Shown here piece after piece: positions 17,639-26,730 of a stretch of DNA of 38,516 nt (position 1 is the stretch's first letter; each line of letters starts with the position of its first letter). Under the pieces are notes generated by a model, which was not told the DNA's origin, made no database searches, and saw only the letters and a program-made list of their open reading frames with translations. The stretch covers positions 1-38,516 of the forward strand of contig JALVRC010000083.1 of the NCBI GenBank assembly GCA_027025255.1, given 5' to 3'. The DNA comes from a candidate division WOR-3 bacterium. GTDB taxonomy: Bacteria; Hydrothermota; Tepidihabitantia; B3-TA06; JALVRC01. A program made the translations under genes and the position numbers.

Positions 17639-20313
17639 ACGGGCCTTTTTTTAAAGTATTCAATAGAGCTGGGTATTTCTATATCTTTTCTTATCTCATA
17701 GCTCTTGGTTAATTGATTCAGGTTTAAGGGAAAGTGTGTATAAAGAAATATATCATGCGTAAGATTACTGTAACCAATTCCAATGGAGGGTGTTAACTTT
17801 AGGTATCCTGATATAATACTGAATTTTGGTGTTATGTATGCTGCAAAGGCAAAAGAAGTAATGGTGTCTGCTATTGCGTATTCAAAAAGAAATGAACCGT
17901 AAACTTTCTCTATGAAAAAGTGCGGGAAATCTATGCCGAACATAGGAGAGAATAAAGGAAATGTTAATCGCGAGACAAATTTTCCTCTTTTAGTGCCTGT
18001 TATAAGAGAGTCATTCAAGGTTATTAAACTACCAGAGCCGTAGGAAAAGGCTATCCCATTATTCCAGATGGCTTTATGTAATAGATCAGTTTTAAGATTA
18101 ATGCCTGTCCCATATACAATATCCGTGGGATTGAAGTGGGTGATGGGACTGTTTAATCCTGAATAGAAATTAAGAGTATTTACAGAGTTTAAGTATAGAT
18201 TTAAGGTTAATCCCGCATTCTGCCATATATTTATATCTGATACACTTATATTTGAGATATTTGAATTGTAAATAGTGTTTGAGTATATAGTTAAAGACCT
18301 GATAAGGTTTATTTTGGATATGTAGAGTATATGGTTTATGGAAAATGTGGAAAGAATATTTTCATTATATAAGAAGGTTATATTTAAAGGGGTGTAAGGT
18401 ATACCCTTGAAGGAGTAGTTGAGGGTAAAAGAAGGCAGGTTAGAAGATAAATTAAAGCTTAACTCAAGCGCTAAGGAATTTATTTCAAATGGATCATGGG
18501 TAACATATAAGAGATTGAGAATAACAGGTTCGTACGAATATATATAAGGTAGTATTAAATCAGGAATAATCATATCTTTAAAATTTTCAAATGTTGATTT
18601 CTTTTTGTAGGAATAATGATTGATATGTGGAATGGTATTCTTATCTTTTTTAAGAAAATTGTTTGCTACTATAGCCGTGGCATCTGTTTGACGTATCGCT
18701 TCACCATCAGTTCTTAATGATATATAGTATAATTTATTCCCGATTATACAGGGGGCTGTACTGAAGTCCCCTGTTTCAATTTTATAGAATTTATGTTCTT
18801 TTGGATTATATTTATACGTTTGCCATCTGTTTAAGTAGTTTGAAGAGAAGTAGAGTTCATTCTGGTAAGTATTTAAATAGGAGAATGAGTATTCAACATT
18901 TGTTATAGGTTTTAGCGTGTTCTTCGTTGTTGAGATTTTGTATAAATTATTCCCCCATCCGTCAATATGCCCTATTGCATATATAGTTGTATCATCAAAG
19001 AAAGTCATATCCTGTATTAATAGACTATCAAGTATAAGAAATATTGTTTTTTTCTTTGTATCTAAATTGTATTTATAAATTGTACAGCCTTTTTTGTCCG
19101 GCAGTGCTTTTGTATAGTAAAGTATGTTATTCTTAACAGCGTATGATCTAATATCATCTTGAAGAATAAATCTTTTTCTTCTATTGTTTAACGCATACAA
19201 TCGCCTTGTAAATCTAAAACAAAGATAAGAGGTATTTTTACCATTTTTCTCCATTTCAGCCAATGTGTAATATATTATGCCTTTGTCTGATTTTATAGGC
19301 AGTGGTATTGTACCGGTTGCTATCTTTTCAATTTTTTTTGTTTTAGCGTTTAATCTATATAATCCTTCATCTTTCCCCTGTGAATTGTATGAAAGGTCAT
19401 ACGGTTTATTCATATAAAAGTATATGTAATTGTCCATTGCAAAAAGATAGTTTAATCTTGTTGAAGAGTAAAGCTCTTTGCCGGCATCTCTAAAACTTGA
19501 TTTTATGTATCTTTTTTCTCTCCATTTATTGTAAAGTTTAATTCTTTCACTCTTATATACTTTGATAGCTGCAACGTCATAATTTATAAGTTGAGAAATG
19601 TTTTTCCCGTATTCGGTGTAGTATTTTCTAAGATTTTCTCTTTTGAGGTGTTTTTCCCAGGCTACATTTATAAGTGGAACAATTGAATCTTCTCCCTTTA
19701 AAAACCTTGTAAACTCTCCACCAATAATGTATGGCAGAGAATAAGAAGGATAATTCTCAGGTATATGGTAAAGGTAGCTGAAAGAAGGTAGAGCATTCTT
19801 AGAGGCAAGCAGGGTAGTATATGGATCGTAATAGCCTTCATTTAGTCTTCCTTCATATGGGACAATACTTGATTCAGTAGAAACTGTTATACCTTCTATC
19901 ATTGCCATTGGTGCCATTACATTCGGGATTAGGATTCTTCCAAAGATTTTGTGCAAGAGCCCTATAATCCCTCCAACATTCGTAAGATGTGAAATGTGTG
20001 TGTATTCATGGACAGATACTTCTCTCCACCATCCTCTCATCGTTCCGAACCTGAAATCCGGATACGGAATATTACTGAAAAGATGCGTAGCGTATCTTGT
20101 AGGGTCTGCAAATCCGTTTGAAGCCAATCCAATATCTTCAATCACCACAAAGGTCTTTTTAGGGTTGTTTCCGGTAAGACTGTCAACATGAGGCTTGTAG
20201 TAGTTTAAATAATTAAATACCATAAGAGCTTCTTCTTTGTATCCAGAAGGGTAGTATATAAGGAAGTTGTCATTCCCTAATCCATGAAGGGTGAGTAAAA
20301 TAAGTATATGCAT
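17632..20313 (-). CDS. Large putative zinc metallopeptidase-like protein (HEXXH) with a propeller-like middle region and a beta-barrel-like C-terminus
   Basis: WWREVSVHEYTHISH contains HEXXH. The middle has repetitive YY/beta-propeller-like segments. The last ~300 aa show an alternating hydrophobic beta-strand pattern. The gene starts 1 nt after the upstream TPR gene. Family not recognised. Confidence 0.5.
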   Translation of the reverse strand: MHILILLTLHGLGNDNFLIYYPSGYKEEALMVFNYLNYYKPHVDSLTGNNPKKTFVVIEDIGLASNGFADPTRYATHLFSNIPYPDFRFGTMRGWWREVSVHEYTHISHLTNVGGIIGLLHKIFGRILIPNVMAPMAMIEGITVSTESSIVPYEGRLNEGYYDPYTTLLASKNALPSFSYLYHIPENYPSYSLPYIIGGEFTRFLKGEDSIVPLINVAWEKHLKRENLRKYYTEYGKNISQLINYDVAAIKVYKSERIKLYNKWREKRYIKSSFRDAGKELYSSTRLNYLFAMDNYIYFYMNKPYDLSYNSQGKDEGLYRLNAKTKKIEKIATGTIPLPIKSDKGIIYYTLAEMEKNGKNTSYLCFRFTRRLYALNNRRKRFILQDDIRSYAVKNNILYYTKALPDKKGCTIYKYNLDTKKKTIFLILDSLLIQDMTFFDDTTIYAIGHIDGWGNNLYKISTTKNTLKPITNVEYSFSYLNTYQNELYFSSNYLNRWQTYKYNPKEHKFYKIETGDFSTAPCIIGNKLYYISLRTDGEAIRQTDATAIVANNFLKKDKNTIPHINHYSYKKKSTFENFKDMIIPDLILPYIYSYEPVILNLLYVTHDPFEINSLALELSFNLSSNLPSFTLNYSFKGIPYTPLNITFLYNENILSTFSINHILYISKINLIRSLTIYSNTIYNSNISNISVSDINIWQNAGLTLNLYLNSVNTLNFYSGLNSPITHFNPTDIVYGTGINLKTDLLHKAIWNNGIAFSYGSGSLITLNDSLITGTKRGKFVSRLTFPLFSPMFGIDFPHFFIEKVYGSFLFEYAIADTITSFAFAAYITPKFSIISGYLKLTPSIGIGYSNLTHDIFLYTHFPLNLNQLTKSYEIRKDIEIPSSIEYFKKRPVY

Positions 20314-20314
20314 G

Positions 20315-20890
20315 TTATACTCCGTAATTCTTTAAATACTTTTCAAGCCATTCTGTAATTTTTTCCTTTCCCTCCTGTGTATTTGGAGAGGCAGTAAAAC
20401 TTGAATCTATAGTCTGAATCTCCGATAGTGCCTTATCATACTCTTCTGCATAGACATATTCTCTTGCAAGAACAGCATGTAAAAGCTTATAGTTTATCTG
20501 AGTGTCATGGGAAAAGACATACTCTGCATCTTTATTTAAAACAAAAAAGATATTATCTACTACCTTTGAGTAGTTGTGTTTTGCACTGGTGCTTATTGCA
20601 AGTCCTGCGTATAAATCAAGTAGGCTATCGGTATTGGGAAGCCCATTCTCAAAGGCTTCAATAGCCTTATTCATACTATCAAGTTTCATATATGTCCATC
20701 CGAGACCATTGTAAGCATCAGCAAAAGTCATGTCCCAATCTAAGGCTGATTGAAAATATGAAAGTGCCTGTGGGTAGTTTTTTGCTTCAAAACTATCCCA
20801 TCCGCTTTCAGTATCACTAACTGCAAAGTCTGTACAGCCTGAAAGACCAAAAATAACTACAAATAGAATAGTGGCTATATGCTTTTTCAT
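20315..20890 (-). CDS. TPR-repeat lipoprotein
   Basis: Lipobox FGLSG|C. TPR-like repeats (YPQALSYFQSALDWDMTFADAYNGLGWTYMKLDSMNKAIEAFENGL). Confidence 0.7.
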   Translation of the reverse strand: MKKHIATILFVVIFGLSGCTDFAVSDTESGWDSFEAKNYPQALSYFQSALDWDMTFADAYNGLGWTYMKLDSMNKAIEAFENGLPNTDSLLDLYAGLAISTSAKHNYSKVVDNIFFVLNKDAEYVFSHDTQINYKLLHAVLAREYVYAEEYDKALSEIQTIDSSFTASPNTQEGKEKITEWLEKYLKNYGV

Positions 20891-22845
20891 TTTAAACCTC
20901 CCTGTATAAGTATTTTTTCTATTGTTTTGTTTGTTTTAAGAAAGTAAATGCCAGAGGGAAGTGTAATTTCAAAATGTTCATTACTTTTTAAAACACAATT
21001 TTTTAAAACTCTGCCGTTAACAGCTATAAGTTTTATAGGCTGTACTTTTTTAGTATTGTTAGAAAAGTAGAGTGTATTATGTCTTATCGTATGAATCAGC
21101 GAAGAGGTATTTTCTACTATTCTGTAGGTGCCTTGAGCAACTTTCACATTGTTAGTTGTATTAATCCTTTTCCAGTTTCCATTTTCAAACTTTTCTATAT
21201 ATGCATCTTTAAGTGTAATTATAAATGTATTGTTTCCCTTTAGACTGAACCCTTCTTTTTGATTAAAGAGATAAAATGGTTTATCAGAGGTTATTATAGC
21301 ATTTTTGATATAAGCAATTTGTGAGAATGTGAATGTAAATGATGTATCAATATTTTCTGCTACAACATTGATTGTATAGTTCCCGGTTGAAGCAACATAA
21401 ATAGTGGAAACATATCCGTAGGTATTGGTTAGAGCCTTTAAAGTTCCTGTGTAGAAGGAAGAGTTAGCCTTAACTGTTATTTGTGGCTCTGCCTTTAAAA
21501 GCCTATTTGCATATAGATATACGTCAAGATAGTGTGCATCTACTGGATGAATAACTGGATAGATTGATAAGGTTAAAGGCTTTTCACCAGAACCTCCACC
21601 TAAGGCATCAACAGGGTTTACAAGCCCGTATCCATAGATATTATCGTATCCATAGGCTCCTAAATCAGTAGCAGTATTATAAAGAACGGATTTTATACTT
21701 GATACAGATGTATATCCTTTAGATTTTAAAAGAGCTACTATCGCTGATACATGTGGTGTTGCCATTGAAGTTCCCTGTAAGAAAACAAATGCGAAATTGG
21801 AAACATTATGTGAAGAGACATCGTCCATTATATCTTTGAATGTTTCCTGCAATATGCCGTCAGCCATACCATCACTGTTCAAGTCCTTAGTTATATCACC
21901 TCCAGGAGCGACAATGTCAATGCCAGTACCATAATTTGAATAGTATGAAAGTCTGTTGTTATAGTCAGTGGCTCCTACAGCAATGCATTCTTCAAATCCA
22001 CCGGGATAAGATATTTGACTTTTACCATCATTCCCTGTTGCAGCAACAACAACGCAATTTTTACTTACTGCATATTTTATTGCATCGTGAACTTCATTCA
22101 TATAAGAACTGTCTCCTGGCGCTCCTCCGAGACTGAGATTTATTACATCTGCTCCATGGTCCACAGCGTAGGTTATACCATTTGCAATGGCTGAAAATGA
22201 ACCAGTGCCGGTATTGTCTAATACCCTTACAGGCATTAAAGATACATTGTATGCTATGCCTGCAACACCATAGTTATTGTTTGTTCTCTGGGCAACCGTA
22301 CCAGCAACATGGGTACCATGTCCATTTTCATCGTTGGGATGGTTATCGTTATTTATAAAGTCGTATCCACTAACAAATGACACACCATCAAGATCCTTTG
22401 CTTTATGGTACATCCCATCAGATGATGATACTTCGCCTGTTTCATGAGAAGGTATTGTATAGTCTTCAAATGCTATACCAGTGTCTACAATAGCCACTAT
22501 AACACTACTATATCCACCAGGGTTATTATCCCATACCTTTTCCATATTTAAGTGAGCGCTGTTGAAAGACCACTGGTAGGAAAAATATGGATCATTGGGG
22601 GTAAAGAATGCATGCATTATTCCGTCGGGAATTGCATAAATAATTCCTGGTTCATTCATTAGTTTCTTTGAGAGTAGAAGAGGATCTTCAGTACATTGAT
22701 AAATATGGGTTTTAATAGATGCGTTATAACTGAGTTCTTTAAGATTATATAGTTTAGCAATCTCTGTATGATAGCTTGAGTCGTACTTGATAATAATTCT
22801 ATTCGGTACGTACTGAAAAGACATAAAAAGGATTGTAAATATCAT
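20887..22845 (-). CDS. Subtilisin-family (S8) serine peptidase with T9SS C-terminal domain
   Basis: Catalytic triad motifs VAIVDTGI (D), GHGTHVAGT (H), GTSMATPHVSA (S). N-terminal propeptide-like segment. CTD ...LPSGIYFLKTNKTIEKILIQ. Confidence 0.9.
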   Translation of the reverse strand: MIFTILFMSFQYVPNRIIIKYDSSYHTEIAKLYNLKELSYNASIKTHIYQCTEDPLLLSKKLMNEPGIIYAIPDGIMHAFFTPNDPYFSYQWSFNSAHLNMEKVWDNNPGGYSSVIVAIVDTGIAFEDYTIPSHETGEVSSSDGMYHKAKDLDGVSFVSGYDFINNDNHPNDENGHGTHVAGTVAQRTNNNYGVAGIAYNVSLMPVRVLDNTGTGSFSAIANGITYAVDHGADVINLSLGGAPGDSSYMNEVHDAIKYAVSKNCVVVAATGNDGKSQISYPGGFEECIAVGATDYNNRLSYYSNYGTGIDIVAPGGDITKDLNSDGMADGILQETFKDIMDDVSSHNVSNFAFVFLQGTSMATPHVSAIVALLKSKGYTSVSSIKSVLYNTATDLGAYGYDNIYGYGLVNPVDALGGGSGEKPLTLSIYPVIHPVDAHYLDVYLYANRLLKAEPQITVKANSSFYTGTLKALTNTYGYVSTIYVASTGNYTINVVAENIDTSFTFTFSQIAYIKNAIITSDKPFYLFNQKEGFSLKGNNTFIITLKDAYIEKFENGNWKRINTTNNVKVAQGTYRIVENTSSLIHTIRHNTLYFSNNTKKVQPIKLIAVNGRVLKNCVLKSNEHFEITLPSGIYFLKTNKTIEKILIQGGLK

Positions 22846-22864
22846 ATTTCCTCCTTTTAAAAGG

Positions 22865-24169
22865 TTAAAAGTTTTTTTTATAAAGCCCGAACTTTTTCAT
22901 CCTGTATCTAAGTGCAAATCTTCCTATACCAAGAATCTTTGCAGCTTTAGATTGATTCCACCCTGTTTCATTTAAAACTTTGATTATCAGTTCTTTTTCA
23001 GATATCTCTCTTTCTCTTGTTAGTTTGTTGAATGAAATATCGTCAAGTAGGTCAAATATTGTTTCAATGCTTACTATATCCTCATCAGCAATGATCATTA
23101 CTCTTTCTACAAGATTTCTTAATTCTCTGATGTTCCCGGGCCAAGAGTATTTCATAAGTATTTCAAGTGCCTCTTTGGAGAATATTTTTTTTGCTATATT
23201 ATGTTCTTTAGAATACAGGGATACAAAATATTTCACAAGGTCAGGTATATCTTCGGGGTGTTTTCTTAAGGGAGGCGTTTTTATATCAAATACATTAATT
23301 CTGTAGTAAAGATCTATCCTAAAAAGGCCTTTATCAATAAGTTTCTTAAGGTTTTTATTTGTTGCAAAAATCATTCTAACATCAACTTTTCTTGGTTTAT
23401 TGTCTCCGAGACGCTCTATTGTTTTATTCTCAAGAACCCTTAAGAGCTTTGATTGAAGATTATATTGCATATCTCCAATTTCGTCGAGAAAAAGCGTTCC
23501 TCTGTGAGCCATTTCAAATTTACCTTTTTTATCTTTAATTGCTCCTGTAAAAGCTCCTTTACTAAAGCCAAAAAGCTCACTTTCTAAAAGCTCTGAGGGA
23601 ATTGCAGAACAGTTGATTGCTACAAAAGGCTCCCTTGCTCTCGGAGAATATTTGTGGATATTGTAAGCTACAAGTTCTTTCCCTGTCCCTGTCTCTCCCA
23701 TTATTAAAACGGATGTGGAGACCTTCGCAATCTTTCTAATCCTTTCAAAGAGTTTTTTCATGGGTTGTGATTTGCCTATCATTTCAATAGGTAGACGGTG
23801 TTTGGCTTTATCTTTTAGTTTAAGGGCTTTTTCAATCATGGATTTTAATGTAGTTATAGAAAACGGTTTTTCAATATATTCAAATGCACCTTCTTTTATT
23901 GCTTGAGTGGCTTCATTTAATGAACCAAAGGCTGTGATTAAGATTATAGGAATTCTTATGTTTTTTTTCTTTAGTTTTTTTAAAAGTTCTGTTCCTGACA
24001 TCTCTGGCATTTTAATGTCTGATATGATTACGTCCCCATGCCCTTCTATAATATATTTAAATGCATTTGTAGGAGAAGAAAAGGTAGCAATTTTATATTC
24101 ATTTCCAAAGGTACTGGAAAGAATTCTTAGAATTTTTTCTTCATCATCTATTACAATGATTTCTTTCAT
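22865..24169 (-). CDS. Sigma-54-dependent response regulator (NtrC family: receiver + AAA+ + Fis-type HTH)
   Basis: Receiver (VIDDEE..., phospho-acceptor context VIISDIKMPEMSG). Walker A GETGTGKE, ESELFG, and the sigma-54 contact loop GAFTGA. C-terminal HTH NQSKAAKILGIGRFALRYRMKKFGL. Confidence 0.92.
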   Translation of the reverse strand: MKEIIVIDDEEKILRILSSTFGNEYKIATFSSPTNAFKYIIEGHGDVIISDIKMPEMSGTELLKKLKKKNIRIPIILITAFGSLNEATQAIKEGAFEYIEKPFSITTLKSMIEKALKLKDKAKHRLPIEMIGKSQPMKKLFERIRKIAKVSTSVLIMGETGTGKELVAYNIHKYSPRAREPFVAINCSAIPSELLESELFGFSKGAFTGAIKDKKGKFEMAHRGTLFLDEIGDMQYNLQSKLLRVLENKTIERLGDNKPRKVDVRMIFATNKNLKKLIDKGLFRIDLYYRINVFDIKTPPLRKHPEDIPDLVKYFVSLYSKEHNIAKKIFSKEALEILMKYSWPGNIRELRNLVERVMIIADEDIVSIETIFDLLDDISFNKLTREREISEKELIIKVLNETGWNQSKAAKILGIGRFALRYRMKKFGLYKKNF

Positions 24170-24172
24170 ATC

Positions 24173-25408
24173 CTAAGGGTATATAAATGCTTCTTTATAG
24201 GTTTTTATAAATGCTTCTTCCGAAATAGACGTAATATTTGAAAATCTGTTTAACATTTCTTTATTTCTTATATCTTCCTTTTTTAGCCTTATCATATAGT
24301 TATATGCAACCTCATAGTATTCACTGTTAATATTTACCCTTCTTGTCTTTATTGTTTCACTGTCTTTATAGAGTTCTTCAAATGGGATTGTATATAGTAT
24401 GTCATCATCGTAGTAAATAAGTGCGTTACTTTTCCCATTAAGAATTGTTTTTATAGCTCCGAATCCAAGATCTCTTGTATACTCCATATCAAATGGAATT
24501 GGCGGAGCGGATCTAAGTTCATACCCTATTTGTTTTGATATTATTTTGATATTTATTCCTATTTGAGAAAGATGCTCTTTTACTTTCTTGGCAAGGATAT
24601 GACTTAATGAGAAATCATTTACCCTCACATGTCCGTATTCATCGTATTCAACATTTCCAATCTTTTTAAGATTGTCTACATCTATCTTTTCAAGGACGCC
24701 TTCAGCTATAATAGCTACTCCATATGGTTTTTTATAAGCGAGTCTTTTTATAACTGCTCCTTCCAATATTTTTACAATAGTTGTTAGAGCGACTTTTTTA
24801 TTCCCAAATTCTTCCGGAATGATTGCTGTTGTGGCTCCTGCTGATTTAGCAATTCCCAATGCAAGATGGCCTGCTTCTCTTCCTTGAGTTACAACAAAGT
24901 ACCATCTTTTTGTAACCTTTGAGTCAAACATAAGATTCTCAACTATGTTTGTTCCTATGTGTCTTGCTGTTTCAAATCCAAAAGTAGGCATATTCCCCGG
25001 GATTGGTAAGTCGTTATCAATAGTCTTTGGTACGTGTATAATATTTAAGGTCTCTTTAGATGCTTTATATACTTTATATGCAGCAAGCCCGGTGCCATCA
25101 CCTCCAATAACTATAAGATGGGTAATTCCTTTACTTTTTAGAACTTCTATTGTATTTTTCATTCTTTCTTCTGTATATGGCTTTTCTCTTGATATGCCAA
25201 GTATAGAGCCGCCAGTGTAATGTATACGGGAAACATTATTGATAGATAAGGGAATAATTGAATCGTCATTTCCTTTTGCAATATGCTTAAATCCATCAAT
25301 AATGCCTAAAATCTCAATCCCGTTATTCTCCGCTTCTATAACTGAAGCTCCTATAACTCCGTTAATACCAGGAGCAGGCCCTCCACCTACAAGGATACCA
25401 ATCTTCAT
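24173..25408 (-). CDS. pfk: 6-phosphofructokinase (PfkA superfamily; phosphoryl donor ambiguous)
   Basis: GGGPAPGINGVI, IGGDGTG, PKTIDNDL motifs, about 410 aa. Confidence 0.9.
   Translation of the reverse strand: MKIGILVGGGPAPGINGVIGASVIEAENNGIEILGIIDGFKHIAKGNDDSIIPLSINNVSRIHYTGGSILGISREKPYTEERMKNTIEVLKSKGITHLIVIGGDGTGLAAYKVYKASKETLNIIHVPKTIDNDLPIPGNMPTFGFETARHIGTNIVENLMFDSKVTKRWYFVVTQGREAGHLALGIAKSAGATTAIIPEEFGNKKVALTTIVKILEGAVIKRLAYKKPYGVAIIAEGVLEKIDVDNLKKIGNVEYDEYGHVRVNDFSLSHILAKKVKEHLSQIGINIKIISKQIGYELRSAPPIPFDMEYTRDLGFGAIKTILNGKSNALIYYDDDILYTIPFEELYKDSETIKTRRVNINSEYYEVAYNYMIRLKKEDIRNKEMLNRFSNITSISEEAFIKTYKEAFIYP
25082..25097 (-). promoter_or_regulatory. Candidate sigma-54 (-24/-12) promoter element inside pfk
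   Basis: The minus strand reads TGGCAC-CGGGC-TTGCT, an exact TGGCAC-N5-TTGCW match. It lies in the codons for GDGTGLAA of pfk and is oriented toward the NtrC-type regulator and protease genes. It may be coincidental. Confidence 0.25.
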
Positions 25409-26730
25409 CTGTCAATTATTGTATATTTTTTTGTAATGTTCATATTTATAATATTTTTTGTATTAACTACATTGAGCTGTTTAAAAAGAAATGTAAATCT
25501 TTCCTTTAGAGAAGCCCTTAATTCTTTTTTTATACTTTCATCAAGTGCATAAAATTTATGTTTGAGTATTCCTGCTGCTCTTTTTCTGTTTTTATAAATG
25601 AATTGTTGTTCGCTCATCCCTTCTTTCCACTGATTCTTGAAATTGTTCTTAACCACGCTTACGATTTCCTCCTTTAGTTCCGAAGGGAGTGCGTCATGGT
25701 CCATGATTATATTCTGAAATTCTGTTGCAAGATGAATTTCAGCAGTTCCAGCCTCAGGGAATTTATCAAAAACTTCTTTGGGTAGTGTACTTGCTCCATG
25801 CTGAACAGCCCCAGCCAAACCATATTCTTCTCTTGCAACCTTAGAAAGTGTTTTTAAGGTGTCAAAATCAATTTTTACTCTGGCTATATTACCGTCAGGC
25901 AATACAACTCCTCCATGAGTCGTTCCTGTTTGAATACTTACCTTACTGATACCTATTTTCCCTTCAGGCATGAATTTATTAAATTCATCAAGATATGCTC
26001 GTAATTCTTCTACAGTAGAGTTCTTCCCTCCTATCTCTCCAATCTCTCCTCCTGTTGATACAGTTATGGGTTCTATATTCCTTATAAGATTTGTAAATTC
26101 TGCTGTGTATTTACTGTTTAGATACTGTTGTTCAGCTACTGTTTGTTTTTCTATAATAACCAGAGTAGAAGCATCAATGTCTATCTGATAAAATCCTGCC
26201 TCAATGGCTGTGTGTATAAGCTCTTTTAGGGTGTTTATCTCTTTATTTTTTTCTTCCTCGCTTGCAAAAAATTTTTTTCTGTTAACTTGAAAGTGGTCTC
26301 CCTGAATAAAAATGTAGCCTTTATATCCTTCCTTAAGTGCTGCTAAAAGCACAGAGCCGACATATTCTATTGGCATCTGATCAGTATACCCAATTTCAGT
26401 TCTTGCAATTTCAAATATAAAGGCTCCTACACCGTTTTCTATCGCAGATGAAAATACAGCTCTTGCCATCTCATAGCTCATTACTCTTAAATTCATTGCT
26501 GGTACAGTTATGTCAAGATATTTCCCTTTGCCTTTTTCTTTATAAAATTCATATATGGATGATAGGTAAATATCTTTGCTCTCTGCGAGAAGTCTTATGG
26601 TCCTATAGACGTTCTGTTTCTTTTCAAAATCAGGAGAAATAAGTCCGTTTAATAGCTCTGGGATATCTTCGTTTATAAAACCTGCATCATTAAGTATTTT
26701 TGCTCTATTTCCCTCTATTAAGTAGTTCAT
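25405..26730 (-). CDS. fba: Class II (metal-dependent) fructose-bisphosphate aldolase, long form
   Basis: IQGDHFQV (Asp-His), IQTGTTHGG and AVQHGASTLP His-ligand motifs of the class II aldolase family. Confidence 0.85.
   Translation of the reverse strand: MNYLIEGNRAKILNDAGFINEDIPELLNGLISPDFEKKQNVYRTIRLLAESKDIYLSSIYEFYKEKGKGKYLDITVPAMNLRVMSYEMARAVFSSAIENGVGAFIFEIARTEIGYTDQMPIEYVGSVLLAALKEGYKGYIFIQGDHFQVNRKKFFASEEEKNKEINTLKELIHTAIEAGFYQIDIDASTLVIIEKQTVAEQQYLNSKYTAEFTNLIRNIEPITVSTGGEIGEIGGKNSTVEELRAYLDEFNKFMPEGKIGISKVSIQTGTTHGGVVLPDGNIARVKIDFDTLKTLSKVAREEYGLAGAVQHGASTLPKEVFDKFPEAGTAEIHLATEFQNIIMDHDALPSELKEEIVSVVKNNFKNQWKEGMSEQQFIYKNRKRAAGILKHKFYALDESIKKELRASLKERFTFLFKQLNVVNTKNIINMNITKKYTIIDR

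Noticed and set aside
22980-24176. Plus-strand ORFs (22980-23306, 23715-23906, 23907-24176) opposite the NtrC-type regulator, with analogous ones opposite pfk, fba, fbp and the L,D-transpeptidase
   Set aside because: They are antisense to genes with unambiguous catalytic motifs. They are Ser/Ile/Phe-rich nonsense translations with no initiation signals.
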